Assembly (NCBI GenBank): GCA_965250025.1
Contig: OZ252283.1
Location: forward strand, 2,050,121-2,114,120
Source: Winogradskyella sp.
GTDB taxonomy: Bacteria; Bacteroidota; Bacteroidia; Flavobacteriales; Flavobacteriaceae
DNA: 64,000 nt
Reading direction: 5' to 3'
Position numbers and translations under genes: made by a program. Positions 1 through 9,227 of this stretch are shown one piece after another. The first letter of the stretch is position 1, and every line of letters begins with the position of its first letter. Below the pieces are notes generated by a model. The model saw nothing but the letters and a program-made list of their open reading frames with translations. It was not told where the DNA came from and made no database searches.

Positions 1-168
1 ACAAAAAATGTCTACTCTTTCTCAAATACTACAGGGGAAACCGGAGGTGTACTCTATTACGAATTGGGTACGGCACGACCAGATCTGGTACTAAAAGACC
101 TTATTAAAATATGTCACCCTGAATTGTTAAAAGACTATCAACCCTTCTTTTTTAAAGCATTAAAGTAA
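1..168 (+). CDS. C-terminal fragment of a periplasmic substrate-binding protein (iron-siderophore/cobalamin-type ABC importer), cut by the window edge
   Basis: Frame 1 is open from nt 1 to TAA 166-168 (..YYELGTARPDLVLKDLIKICHPELLKDYQPFFFKALK*). It lies 1 nt upstream of the FecCD permease and ATPase genes. It is absent from the ORF track only because it has no start in the window. Confidence 0.45.
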   Translation, partial: TKNVYSFSNTTGETGGVLYYELGTARPDLVLKDLIKICHPELLKDYQPFFFKALK

Positions 169-169
169 A

Positions 170-1198
170 TTGAACAGCAATACCTCATACCGGTTACATT
201 TTATTATACTCACCATACTATTGGTATTATGTTTTGTGTTGAATGTTAGCTTAGGGTCCATATACATTCCATTTGAAAGTGTTCTTGGCAGTCTATTTGG
301 TAGTATTGAAAATGACACCTGGCAGGTAATTATAACGAATTACAGATTACCAAAAGCCGTTACTGCCGTACTGGTAGGATCAGGATTAGGCATTTCAGGA
401 TTATTAATGCAAACGTTATTTAAAAATCCACTGGCTGGACCTTTTGTTCTAGGTATCAGTTCGGGGGCCAGTTTAGGTGTCGCATTAGTCATATTAGGTT
501 CTGGACTTTTTGGTGGTCTTTTTGCAACGGCCTTAATCTCTAAGTGGGGCATAGTCGTTGCAGCAAGCCTTGGTAGTTTCCTGGTTTTACTCGCTGTATT
601 AGCAGTTTCTGCTAAAGTTAGAGACACTATGGCAATACTTATCATAGGCTTGATGTTTGGAAGCATTACCGCAGCTGTGGTCAGTGTACTTTCGTATTTC
701 AGCTCTGCAGAACAACTCCAACAATATATCTTCTGGGGCTTTGGTAGTTTAGGCAACCTGTCCTGGGAGGAACTCTTAGTATTTTTACTCATTTATAGTA
801 TTGGCATTGTGTTAAGTATTACTGCAATAAAAAGCTTAAACGGTTTACTGCTGGGAGATCATTATGCAAAGAGTTTAGGGTTAAACCTAAAGAAAAGTCG
901 CCTTATTATCATTTTAGCGACCAGTTTACTGGCAGGAACTATTACAGCATTTGCAGGACCAATAGCATTCATTGGCTTGGCCATTCCCCATCTTACCCGT
1001 CAAATATTTAAAACTTCTAATCATAAAATACTACTACCAGCGGTGTTTATGTATGGCGCAGTTGTGATGCTGATCTGTGATAGTATTGCCCAAATTCCCA
1101 CAAGTGATTTTACTTTACCGATCAATGCCATCACTGCCTTAATCGGTGCACCGGTAGTTATTTGGCTATTAGTAAGACAACGAAAGATGATATTTTAA
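170..1198 (+). CDS. ABC importer permease, FecCD/BtuC family (iron-siderophore/heme/B12 type)
   Basis: 342-aa polytopic membrane ORF with a FecCD-type region ..GPIAFIGLAIPHLTR... TTG start directly after the upstream stop. The ATPase gene follows 1 nt later. Confidence 0.85.
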   Translation: MNSNTSYRLHFIILTILLVLCFVLNVSLGSIYIPFESVLGSLFGSIENDTWQVIITNYRLPKAVTAVLVGSGLGISGLLMQTLFKNPLAGPFVLGISSGASLGVALVILGSGLFGGLFATALISKWGIVVAASLGSFLVLLAVLAVSAKVRDTMAILIIGLMFGSITAAVVSVLSYFSSAEQLQQYIFWGFGSLGNLSWEELLVFLLIYSIGIVLSITAIKSLNGLLLGDHYAKSLGLNLKKSRLIIILATSLLAGTITAFAGPIAFIGLAIPHLTRQIFKTSNHKILLPAVFMYGAVVMLICDSIAQIPTSDFTLPINAITALIGAPVVIWLLVRQRKMIF

Positions 1199-1199
1199 T

Positions 1200-1994
1200 A
1201 TGAATAACGATACTTTAAATATTATTCTAAAAGCCAATCAGCTCTCTATTGGTTATAAAACCAAAAATGCCGAGACCATGATCGCTACCAATATTAATTT
1301 TGAATTAAAAAAGGGACAGCTTATTGGTTTAGTTGGTGCTAACGGCATCGGTAAGTCTACACTATTACGCACATTGATTAAAGTACAGCCTGCGTTATCT
1401 GGTTCTATATCACTTAATGGTAAAGACATTCAATATATCTCAGCATTAGAATTGGCCAAACAACTCAGTATCGTTTTAACCGATCCTCTATTGTCAAAAA
1501 ATCTTGCCGTATATGAACTTGTAGCTTTAGGAAGACATCCCTATACCAACTGGATCGGGAATCTTACATTGGAAGATATTGAAGCCGTAGACCAGGCATT
1601 ATCATTAGTAAACCTTACTGATCTTAAAGAAAAAAAATGCTATGAATTAAGCGATGGACAACTCCAAAAAGTGATGCTCGCCAGAGCATTGGCTCAGGAT
1701 ACGGATATTATTGTCCTAGATGAACCGACCACACATTTAGACATGTACCATAAAGCGTATATTTTAAAATTGCTCCAGAAACTAACTAAGGAAACCGGAA
1801 AGACCATCCTGTTTTCCTCTCATGAAATAGACCTTGCCATTCAACTATGCGATGCTATGATCGTTATGACAGAGAATGCGGTGTTAACTGATCAGCCGTG
1901 TAACCTAATCTCTGATCGTGTTTTTGAAACACTATTTCCTAAAGACCTGATTATATTCGATCATTCCACAGGAAGTTTTAGGGTGAAGAAATAA
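1200..1994 (+). CDS. ABC importer ATP-binding protein (FepC/FecE/BtuD-like)
   Basis: Walker A GANGIGKST, ABC signature LSDGQLQKV, Walker B IIVLDEPTTHLD. Confidence 0.88.
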   Translation: MNNDTLNIILKANQLSIGYKTKNAETMIATNINFELKKGQLIGLVGANGIGKSTLLRTLIKVQPALSGSISLNGKDIQYISALELAKQLSIVLTDPLLSKNLAVYELVALGRHPYTNWIGNLTLEDIEAVDQALSLVNLTDLKEKKCYELSDGQLQKVMLARALAQDTDIIVLDEPTTHLDMYHKAYILKLLQKLTKETGKTILFSSHEIDLAIQLCDAMIVMTENAVLTDQPCNLISDRVFETLFPKDLIIFDHSTGSFRVKK

Positions 1995-2051
1995 CTGCTT
2001 TTGCGTTAAAAACTTAAAGCCTGTTGCTTTCATGCTTCTTCTTAAAAGATT

Positions 2052-2059
2052 TATCTTTG
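2052..2059 (+). promoter_or_regulatory. Bacteroidetes-type -7 promoter element (TATCTTTG) upstream of rmuC
   Basis: Exact match to TAnnTTTG, 20 nt upstream of the ATG at 2079. Confidence 0.4.
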
Positions 2060-2078
2060 ATAAATTTCAATATCAAAA

Positions 2079-3401
2079 ATGAACGACTCGCTTATTCTAT
2101 TCATATCTATATTAATCTCTGCCGGCATTGGTGCTTTTATCGGTTTAAAGTTTGCCCAATTAAAAGGTAACAGTAATAAAAGTGCTCTTGAGGAACGTCA
2201 AAATCAACTTCAGCATACCATTACTGAACTCAAAAAAAATATAGAAAAAATTGAAAATGAGCGCGAAGAAATACGTCGCGAAAAAGAGTTTATTAATACT
2301 GAGCTTTCCCGAAGAAATACTGAATTTGAACATCTTCAGCAACACAATTTAAAACGGGATGAAGAATTGGCAAAACAACAGGAGCAACTTCGAAAAGATT
2401 TTGAGCTAATGGCTTCTAAAATCCTAGAAGAAAAATCCGAGAAGTTTACGCTTCAGAATAAAGAGAACATTAAAAGCATTTTAAATCCATTGCAGGAAAA
2501 AATTCAAGGGTTTGAGAAAAAGGTGGAAGACACTCAACTGAAAAGTGTAAAAATGCACTCGGCCTTAGAAGAACAATTAAAAGGGCTAAAAGATCTCAAC
2601 CAGCAAATGGCTAAAGAAGCTACTAACCTTACCAAAGCCCTAAAAGGCGATAGTAAAACTCAAGGGAATTGGGGCGAGTTGGTTTTAGAGCGTGTACTAG
2701 AAAAATCGGGATTGGAAAAAGACCGGGAGTATTTTGTACAACAAAGTTTTACTTTGGATGATGGCTCACGGGTTATGCCAGATGTAGTATTACATCTTCC
2801 CGATTCTAAAAAGATGATCATTGATTCTAAAGTATCTCTAACCGATTATGAACGTTTGGTTAATGCCGAAGATACGGATAGAGAACTGTATCTAAAAGCA
2901 CATGTAAATTCTATTAAAAAACATGTAGATCAGCTATCTGCTAAAAATTATCAGGATCTGTACGATATTGAATCCCCTGATTTTGTACTTATGTTCATCC
3001 CTATTGAGCCTGCCTTTGCTGTAGCTATAAATGAAGACAATACCCTTTACAATAAAGCTTTTGAGCAGAATATTGTTATTGTAACACCTTCGACACTATT
3101 AGCGACATTACGTACTATTGACAGCATGTGGAACAACGAAAAACAACAACAAAATGCTATAGAAATCGCAAGACAAGCTGGTGCTTTATACGATAAATTT
3201 GAAGGCTTAGTACAAGATTTAACTGGAGTTGGTAAAAAAATCGATGCTGCTAAAAATGATTATTCAGCAGCTATGAACAAACTGGTTGAAGGTAAAGGTA
3301 ATTTGGTATCTCGAGTCGAAAACATCAAAAAAATGGGTGCTAAAGCCAAAAAATCGCTCCCGGAGAATATTCTAAAACGTGCTTCCGAAAATGAAAACTA
3401 A
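2079..3401 (+). CDS. rmuC: DNA recombination protein RmuC
   Basis: 440 aa with an N-terminal TM helix and a long coiled coil (E/K/Q-rich). Conserved RmuC core blocks GNWGELVLERVLE and FVLMFIPIEPAF. Confidence 0.85.
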   Translation: MNDSLILFISILISAGIGAFIGLKFAQLKGNSNKSALEERQNQLQHTITELKKNIEKIENEREEIRREKEFINTELSRRNTEFEHLQQHNLKRDEELAKQQEQLRKDFELMASKILEEKSEKFTLQNKENIKSILNPLQEKIQGFEKKVEDTQLKSVKMHSALEEQLKGLKDLNQQMAKEATNLTKALKGDSKTQGNWGELVLERVLEKSGLEKDREYFVQQSFTLDDGSRVMPDVVLHLPDSKKMIIDSKVSLTDYERLVNAEDTDRELYLKAHVNSIKKHVDQLSAKNYQDLYDIESPDFVLMFIPIEPAFAVAINEDNTLYNKAFEQNIVIVTPSTLLATLRTIDSMWNNEKQQQNAIEIARQAGALYDKFEGLVQDLTGVGKKIDAAKNDYSAAMNKLVEGKGNLVSRVENIKKMGAKAKKSLPENILKRASENEN

Positions 3402-3939
3402 TATATATCGTACTACTGAAGAATCTACCATTCAAATCTCTGAATTGATGTTACCTTCTCATGCTAATTTTGGTGGTAAAATCCATGGTGGTTATATCTT
3501 GAGTTTAATGGATCAAATTGCTTTTGCTTGCGCTTCAAAACACTCCGGAAGCTATTGTGTAACGGCCTCCGTCAATAAAGTAAATTTTTTAAATCCCATC
3601 GAAGTTGGTGAACTGGTGACCATGAAAGCTTCTGTAAATTATGTAGGGAAATCGTCTATGGTTGTTGGAATTCGTGTGGAATCGGAAAATATCAGATCTG
3701 GTGTAGTTAAGCACTGTAACTCCTCCTATTTTACTATGGTAGCTATTGATGACCACGGTCAAACTGTAACGGTACCGGGGTTAAAACTCACCTCAGAAAT
3801 TGCTGCAAAACGTTTTATAAAGTCTATTATTCGTCGAGAAAATGAAGCTAAGAAGCTGAAAGATTTAGAGACCGTCTACAATAATTTAGATCAACATTTG
3901 GAACTTCTCAAAGATTACCGTGTTAAAACCCTTTTCTAA
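3391..3939 (+). CDS. Acyl-CoA thioesterase, hotdog fold (YciA/BFIT-like)
   Basis: Motif HGGYILSLMDQIAFACA plus hotdog-type beta-strand blocks. I prefer ATG 3391 (MKTNIY..) over the track's GTG 3379. It overlaps the rmuC stop by 11 nt. Confidence 0.7.
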   Translation: MKTNIYRTTEESTIQISELMLPSHANFGGKIHGGYILSLMDQIAFACASKHSGSYCVTASVNKVNFLNPIEVGELVTMKASVNYVGKSSMVVGIRVESENIRSGVVKHCNSSYFTMVAIDDHGQTVTVPGLKLTSEIAAKRFIKSIIRRENEAKKLKDLETVYNNLDQHLELLKDYRVKTLF

Positions 3940-3946
3940 TAAAAAA

Positions 3947-3977
3947 AGCCACTCCCTTTCAGGAATGGCTTGATTTT
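3947..3977. terminator. Bidirectional hairpin terminator between convergent genes
   Basis: agccactcc / ggaatggct stem (8 of 9 pairs) with a 6-nt loop. An A-run lies upstream and tgatttt downstream. Confidence 0.6.
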
Positions 3978-3997
3978 ATTATTTATTATAAACTTAG

Positions 3998-4768
3998 TTA
4001 CTGTTTAATAAAGCGCTTTGTTTGTGTGATTTCATCATTAGAAATCCTTACCAAATATACGCCGGTCTTCCAATTGGATACGTCTATAGAAGATACAAGC
4101 TGGGTTAATGTGCCTTGATGAACACGCTTACCCAATACATCATATACTTCAACCTTCATATCAGAGTGATTATTAGTTAAAGTAATATTTAACTCCGACT
4201 GACTAGGGTTAGGTGAAATTGAAAATTCTTTAATTTCTACATCTTCCTGAGAAGACAGTGTAAGTCCTACAGTTGTCATACCTCTACTTAGACCATGCCA
4301 TTCAAGGGTAAAACCTTCAAATCGTGATCTTGCCCATACCAAATCGATGGATAAAGCAGACGTCGAAAACACATGATCTGCACTGTCGCCACTATCTGTA
4401 TCTCTAGTCGCTACTAATGTTCTAACACCAGAGTTAACGACATCAGATTGTACAGTCCAATCCTGACGTTCATCGACCATTGGCTCAATACCAATACCTA
4501 AAAAACTTCTATCAGATAAAGTTGTTCCGTCATATATAACAACGTCTCTACCATTAGTCATCGATGTAGCATCAAAGCCCAATCCTAACCATCTATTTTC
4601 GGGCCCCACCATAGTCAAAGTGACTTGTGTTGCCGTAATATCAATTTGTGCTGAATACTCTAAACCTGCATCATCAGAAAGCTGTATCATACCTGTAGAA
4701 TATGTTTGAGCTTGTATAGATAGTGAGGCAATTACAAAAAGTAATAATGCATAGGTAAAGTTTCTCAT
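3998..4768 (-). CDS. Secreted DOMON-like domain protein with T9SS C-terminal sorting domain
   Basis: Signal peptide. DOMON-like block NRWLGLGFDATSMTNGRDVVIYDG. The last ~75 aa form a type-A T9SS CTD (..VYDVLGKRV..GVYLVRISNDEITQTKRFIKQ). Confidence 0.6.
   Translation of the reverse strand: MRNFTYALLLFVIASLSIQAQTYSTGMIQLSDDAGLEYSAQIDITATQVTLTMVGPENRWLGLGFDATSMTNGRDVVIYDGTTLSDRSFLGIGIEPMVDERQDWTVQSDVVNSGVRTLVATRDTDSGDSADHVFSTSALSIDLVWARSRFEGFTLEWHGLSRGMTTVGLTLSSQEDVEIKEFSISPNPSQSELNITLTNNHSDMKVEVYDVLGKRVHQGTLTQLVSSIDVSNWKTGVYLVRISNDEITQTKRFIKQ
4001..4228 (-). repeat. T9SS CTD-coding module, copy 1 of a same-strand paralogous pair (partner at 5327-5554)
   Basis: Hand alignment of the two ~77-aa tails gives roughly 70% identity, with identical runs DVLGKRV, GVYLVRISNDE and TQTKRFIKQ. 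Confidence 0.7.
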
Positions 4769-4770
4769 GG

Positions 4771-5301
4771 TTATTTCTCTTTTTTGAGCAAGTTAATAAT
4801 TTTTTTGTTTCCTATGGTAATGGCGTAATCAAGAGGTGTTTTATTTCGATTATCTGCAGCATTGGTATCGGCATTTTTATTCATCAAAAGCCTTACAATA
4901 TCTTCATTTTTTAACATCACAGCATAATGGAGACTGGTGGTTCCATTCACATCTGCAATATTAGGATCAGCTCCTAATTCTAGCAATTCATTTGTTAGTG
5001 AAGTATGTTCTTTAAAGACTGCTGCCGTCAAAGGTGTCCCATAATCTGAATTGACATTAATATTGGCAACATGCTTTGCGATGTACACTGCAACATCATG
5101 GTTTCCATAATAGCAGGCTAATGTAAGTGGATAATAACCTCTCTCGTCAGGAACATTAATACAATTCTCATCCTTTAGAATGGCATTTTTTAGTTCTGTC
5201 AAATTCCCCTTTCTTGCGATATCGTATATTGCTTTTTCTTGTGAAAAGCTTAACGAGACTGTTAATATTGTATATAATAAGATAAGGGGCTTGAGTATCA
5301 C
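4771..5301 (-). CDS. Periplasmic/secreted ankyrin-repeat protein
   Basis: N-terminal signal peptide followed by about 4 ankyrin repeats (YPLTLACYYGNHDVAVYI.., GTPLTAAVFKEHTSLTNELLELGADPN, GTTSLHYAVMLKNEDIVRLLMNKNADTN, KTPLDYAITIGNKKIINLL). Its stop is 2 nt from the DOMON gene start. Confidence 0.8.
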   Translation of the reverse strand: MILKPLILLYTILTVSLSFSQEKAIYDIARKGNLTELKNAILKDENCINVPDERGYYPLTLACYYGNHDVAVYIAKHVANINVNSDYGTPLTAAVFKEHTSLTNELLELGADPNIADVNGTTSLHYAVMLKNEDIVRLLMNKNADTNAADNRNKTPLDYAITIGNKKIINLLKKEK

Positions 5302-5323
5302 TGAAGGGAAAATATGAAGGTTT

Positions 5324-6202
5324 CTATTGTTTAATAAATCGTTTGGTCTGTGTTAGCTCATCATTAGAAATCCTTACCAAATAAACACCGCTTTTCCATT
5401 TCGAAACATCTACAGACGATTCCAGATTACTTACAATCCCTTTATAGACACGTTTGCCTAGTACATCAAATACCTCTAAGTTCATGTCTTCGTTGGCATT
5501 AGGTAATGTAATATTAAGTGTGGTTCTTGCCGGGTTGGGTCTAATACTAAACTCTTTATCAACTTGATTGAATTTCTCAACATTTAAAACATCTACAGCC
5601 GTGATATTATCATAATCTGATTGTAATGCCAATTTTTGCCCTTTGTGTAGGGGATCCTCAGTAGTATTAGAACCATCGTTACTTAATATTCTGACGATAC
5701 CAACATTGGCCATGACACTGGCTACTGTACCACTGCCTTGTGTCATTACCAAATCTGAGACTTTTGTAGACATTGAAACTGAGGTCCATGTTGTTCCTGG
5801 ATCAATCACTAATGCAACTGCAGAAGCTGCCCAATCTGAAGGTGATGTGGCACTTCTAAAAGCTAAGCGTAAGTGAACTCTGTCTGTACCCAGATTTTGA
5901 ACGTCAAAAGTTAGCGCTATTATTCCTGTACTTGTGTAATCGCCTCGCCACTCAGCACCATTATTAAAAAAAATGTGTCTGGATCCTTCATCTCCTGTTC
6001 CAGAGCTTGTAGTTCTAAGAAAAGCATCATCTACCCCATCAGGTCCGCCTGTAGTCACCTGAACCGGATCATTAGCACTACTTAGCTGATGTCTCCAACC
6101 CTGTGTACCATTCTCAAAATCACTAGTTTGACCCACAGAAATTTGTGAGAAACCATAAAATGAGAATATTGCCAGTACGACAAAAAGTAGAGTTTTTTTC
6201 AT
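5324..6202 (-). CDS. Secreted protein with N-terminal CBM/galactose-binding-like domain and T9SS C-terminal sorting domain
   Basis: Signal peptide. The FENGTQGW opening is typical of CBM-like beta-sandwiches. The C-terminus is paralogous to that of 3998-4768. Confidence 0.55.
   Translation of the reverse strand: MKKTLLFVVLAIFSFYGFSQISVGQTSDFENGTQGWRHQLSSANDPVQVTTGGPDGVDDAFLRTTSSGTGDEGSRHIFFNNGAEWRGDYTSTGIIALTFDVQNLGTDRVHLRLAFRSATSPSDWAASAVALVIDPGTTWTSVSMSTKVSDLVMTQGSGTVASVMANVGIVRILSNDGSNTTEDPLHKGQKLALQSDYDNITAVDVLNVEKFNQVDKEFSIRPNPARTTLNITLPNANEDMNLEVFDVLGKRVYKGIVSNLESSVDVSKWKSGVYLVRISNDELTQTKRFIKQ
5327..5554 (-). repeat. T9SS CTD-coding module, copy 2 (partner at 4001-4228)
   Basis: See copy 1. 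The two copies are direct repeats flanking the ankyrin gene. Confidence 0.7.
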
Positions 6203-6276
6203 AGATTTAAGCTTATTACAAAAGCTAAAGTAATAATTTATAACGAATTATATGTGTCGCTCATCGAAAATCCCCT

Positions 6277-9129
6277 TTATTTACTGAGATACATCTTACG
6301 TCTGGAATATAAGTCGTAGAACTCGTCTTCTTTTAAACTATCTATGAATAAAATACTTTCTCCGGTACTCTTCATCTCTGGTCCTAACTTCTTATTCACG
6401 TTAGGAAACTTATTAAAAGAAAATACCGGTTGTTTTATCGCATAGCCTTCCAAATGGGGTTTGAAATCAAAGTCTGTGACTTTATTATGACCTAACATGA
6501 CCTTTGTAGCATAATTTACATAGGGTTCACCATAAGCCTTAGCTATAAAAGGTACTGTTCTTGATGCTCTTGGATTAGCTTCAATAATATATACCATATC
6601 GTCTTTAATGGCAAACTGTATATTTATAAGTCCTACTGTATTTAAAGCTAATGCGATCTTCTTTGTATGATCTTTGATTTGCTGCATTACAAATTCTCCC
6701 AAGTTGAACGGCGGTAATGTGGCATTACTATCTCCTGAATGTATACCACACGGCTCAATATGTTCCATGATGCCTATAATGTATACATTTTCACCATCGC
6801 AAATAGCATCGGCTTCCGCCTCTATAGCGCCATCTAAGTAATGGTCGAGTAGTAATTTATTATTAGGAATTTTACGTAGTAAGTCTACGACATGTTCTTC
6901 TAACTCTTGTTTATTGATAACAATCTTCATGCCTTGCCCTCCCAAAACATATGATGGTCTTACCAAAATAGGAAAGTCCAATTTATCGGCAACTGCTAAT
7001 GCTTCGTCAGCAGTTTCGGCAGTATCGAACTCTGGGTAAGGAATGTTATTTTCTTTTAACAAGGTTGAAAAACTACCTCTGTCCTCTGCCAAATCTAAGG
7101 ACTGATAACTCGTACCCATGATCTTAATACCATAACGATCGAGTTTTTCTGCCAGTTTTAAAGCCGTTTGTCCTCCCAATTGTACAATGACACCTTCTGG
7201 TTTTTCGTGCTGTATAATATCGTATATATGCTCCCAAAATACCGGTTCAAAGTAAAGTTTATCGGCAATATCAAAATCGGTAGAAACAGTTTCCGGATTA
7301 CAATTGATCATGATGGTTTCATAATCGCACTCTGACGCAGCTAAAACCCCATGAACACAGCAGTAATCGAATTCTATACCTTGCCCTATTCGGTTAGGTC
7401 CAGACCCTAAAACAATAATCTTTTTTCGGTCTGTCACATGGCTTTCATTAGCTACAGACACTTGACCATCTGGAGTTTCTACTTCACTTTCAAATGTAGA
7501 GTAATAATATGGTGTTTGTGCTTTAAATTCTGCGGCACAGGTATCTACCAGCTTATATACTCTGTTAATTTTTAAAGCTTTACGCTTATTGTATACTTCA
7601 CTCTCCAGGCAATTTAACATATGTGCAATCTGACGATCCCCATAGCCTTTCTGCTTAGCCTCAAGTAATAGATCTCTATCAATAGTTTCGATGGTATATG
7701 TCGAGATCTCCTTTTCCAAATGGTACAATTCTTCATATTGTCTCAAGAACCACATGTCTATTTTTGTGATTTCATGAATTCTACTGAGAGGAATTCCCAT
7801 TTGAATAGCATCATAAATTACAAATACGCGATCCCAACTGGCATGGGTTAGTTTTTCTATAACCTGATCATAATCCTTATACCCTTTTCCATCTGCACCA
7901 AGACCATTACGTTTAATCTCTAAAGATTGTGTTGCTTTGTGCAGGGCTTCCTGAAAAGAACGTCCAATGCCCATCACCTCTCCAACAGCTTTCATCTGTA
8001 AACCTAAAGTTCGGTCTGAACCTTCGAATTTATCAAAATTCCAACGAGGAATTTTAACGATGACATAGTCTAATGTAGGCTCAAATAATGCCGAGGTAGA
8101 TTTAGTAATTTGATTATTCAATTCATCAAGCGTGTAACCTAATGCAAGCTTTGCTGCAATTTTAGCAATAGGATATCCTGTTGCTTTACTTGCGAGGGCA
8201 GAAGAACGAGATACTCTTGGGTTAATTTCAATGGCAATGATTTCTTCTTCTTCATCAGGGCTTACTGCAAATTGCACATTACAACCTCCAGCAAAATCAC
8301 CAATACTGCGCATCATATGAATGGCCATATCTCGCATTTTCTGAAATGTCGTATCTGATAAGGTCATTGCCGGAGCCACAGTTATAGAATCTCCGGTATG
8401 AATCCCCATTGGATCCATATTTTCAATGGTACAGATAATAACAACATTATCATTTTTATCTCTCAACAGCTCAAGCTCATACTCTTTCCATCCCATCATT
8501 GCTTTATCAATCATCACTTCATGGATGGGTGAAATTTCCAAACCTCTGGTTAAAGATTCGTCAAATTCCTCTTCATTATATACAATAGATGCTCCTGCAC
8601 CTCCCAGAGTAAAAGAAGCTCTGATACATAATGGGAATCCAAATTCCTGAGCAATTTCTTTACCTTTTAAAAAGGATGTTGCAGTCGCCTGAGGTGCCAT
8701 TCCAACACCTATTTTAGTCATCAGAGCTCTAAACTGCTCTCGATCTTCAGTAATGTTAATGGCCTCTATATCAACTCCAATAATATCAACATTAAAATCT
8801 TCCCAAATACCTTTTTCATCAGCTTCAATACAAAGGTTTAAAGCTGTTTGTCCTCCCATTGTTGGTAAAACAGCATCAATTTGCGGATGCTCTTTTAGTA
8901 TTTTAATTATTGACTTTGTGGTTAAAGGCAATAAATATACATGATCGGCCATTGTTGGGTCTGTCATTATGGTAGCCGGATTGGAATTGATCAGGATGGT
9001 TTCGATACCATCCTCTCTTAAGGATCTTAAAGCTTGAGATCCGGAGTAATCAAATTCGCAGGCTTGTCCAATAATAATAGGTCCTGAACCGATGAGTAAG
9101 ATAGATTTAATGTTTTTGTTTTTTGGCAT
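6277..9129 (-). CDS. carB: Carbamoyl-phosphate synthase large subunit
   Basis: N-terminus MPKNKNIKSILLIGSGPIIIGQACEFDYSGSQA. Two ATP-grasp halves (second begins KKIIVLGSGPNRIGQGIEFDYCCVH). Ends shortly after MKSTGE. Confidence 0.95.
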   Translation of the reverse strand: MPKNKNIKSILLIGSGPIIIGQACEFDYSGSQALRSLREDGIETILINSNPATIMTDPTMADHVYLLPLTTKSIIKILKEHPQIDAVLPTMGGQTALNLCIEADEKGIWEDFNVDIIGVDIEAINITEDREQFRALMTKIGVGMAPQATATSFLKGKEIAQEFGFPLCIRASFTLGGAGASIVYNEEEFDESLTRGLEISPIHEVMIDKAMMGWKEYELELLRDKNDNVVIICTIENMDPMGIHTGDSITVAPAMTLSDTTFQKMRDMAIHMMRSIGDFAGGCNVQFAVSPDEEEEIIAIEINPRVSRSSALASKATGYPIAKIAAKLALGYTLDELNNQITKSTSALFEPTLDYVIVKIPRWNFDKFEGSDRTLGLQMKAVGEVMGIGRSFQEALHKATQSLEIKRNGLGADGKGYKDYDQVIEKLTHASWDRVFVIYDAIQMGIPLSRIHEITKIDMWFLRQYEELYHLEKEISTYTIETIDRDLLLEAKQKGYGDRQIAHMLNCLESEVYNKRKALKINRVYKLVDTCAAEFKAQTPYYYSTFESEVETPDGQVSVANESHVTDRKKIIVLGSGPNRIGQGIEFDYCCVHGVLAASECDYETIMINCNPETVSTDFDIADKLYFEPVFWEHIYDIIQHEKPEGVIVQLGGQTALKLAEKLDRYGIKIMGTSYQSLDLAEDRGSFSTLLKENNIPYPEFDTAETADEALAVADKLDFPILVRPSYVLGGQGMKIVINKQELEEHVVDLLRKIPNNKLLLDHYLDGAIEAEADAICDGENVYIIGIMEHIEPCGIHSGDSNATLPPFNLGEFVMQQIKDHTKKIALALNTVGLINIQFAIKDDMVYIIEANPRASRTVPFIAKAYGEPYVNYATKVMLGHNKVTDFDFKPHLEGYAIKQPVFSFNKFPNVNKKLGPEMKSTGESILFIDSLKEDEFYDLYSRRKMYLSK

Positions 9130-9148
9130 TGCTAAATTTTTTGGTCTA

Positions 9149-9156
9149 CAAAAATA
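9149..9156 (-). promoter_or_regulatory. -7 promoter element (TATTTTTG on minus strand) for carB
   Basis: The plus strand reads CAAAAATA, about 20 nt upstream of the carB ATG (9129). Confidence 0.4.
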
Positions 9157-9170
9157 GTTATCGATAGGGT

Positions 9171-9204
9171 ATAAAAAAAGGTGTTACACCTAAGTAACAC
9201 CTTT
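9171..9204 (-). terminator. Rho-independent terminator of rpmH
   Basis: Perfect 10-bp stem aaggtgttac / gtaacacctt with a 6-nt loop. A T-run follows on the minus strand (A-run 9173-9179 on plus). Confidence 0.7.
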
Positions 9205-9227
9205 AAAATATTAACAATTGTTAATCA

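Noticed and set aside
340-792. 150-aa minus-strand ORF inside the FecCD permease gene. Similar antisense or off-frame ORFs occur at 13879-14232, 21624-21998, 22584-23099, 28724-29053, 29735-30055, 31322-31901, 32264-32668, 41040-41345, 54273-54605 and 60463-60900.
   Set aside because: All are embedded in strongly supported conserved genes on the other strand or frame. Their products are low-complexity and have no recognisable motifs, which is typical of shadow ORFs.
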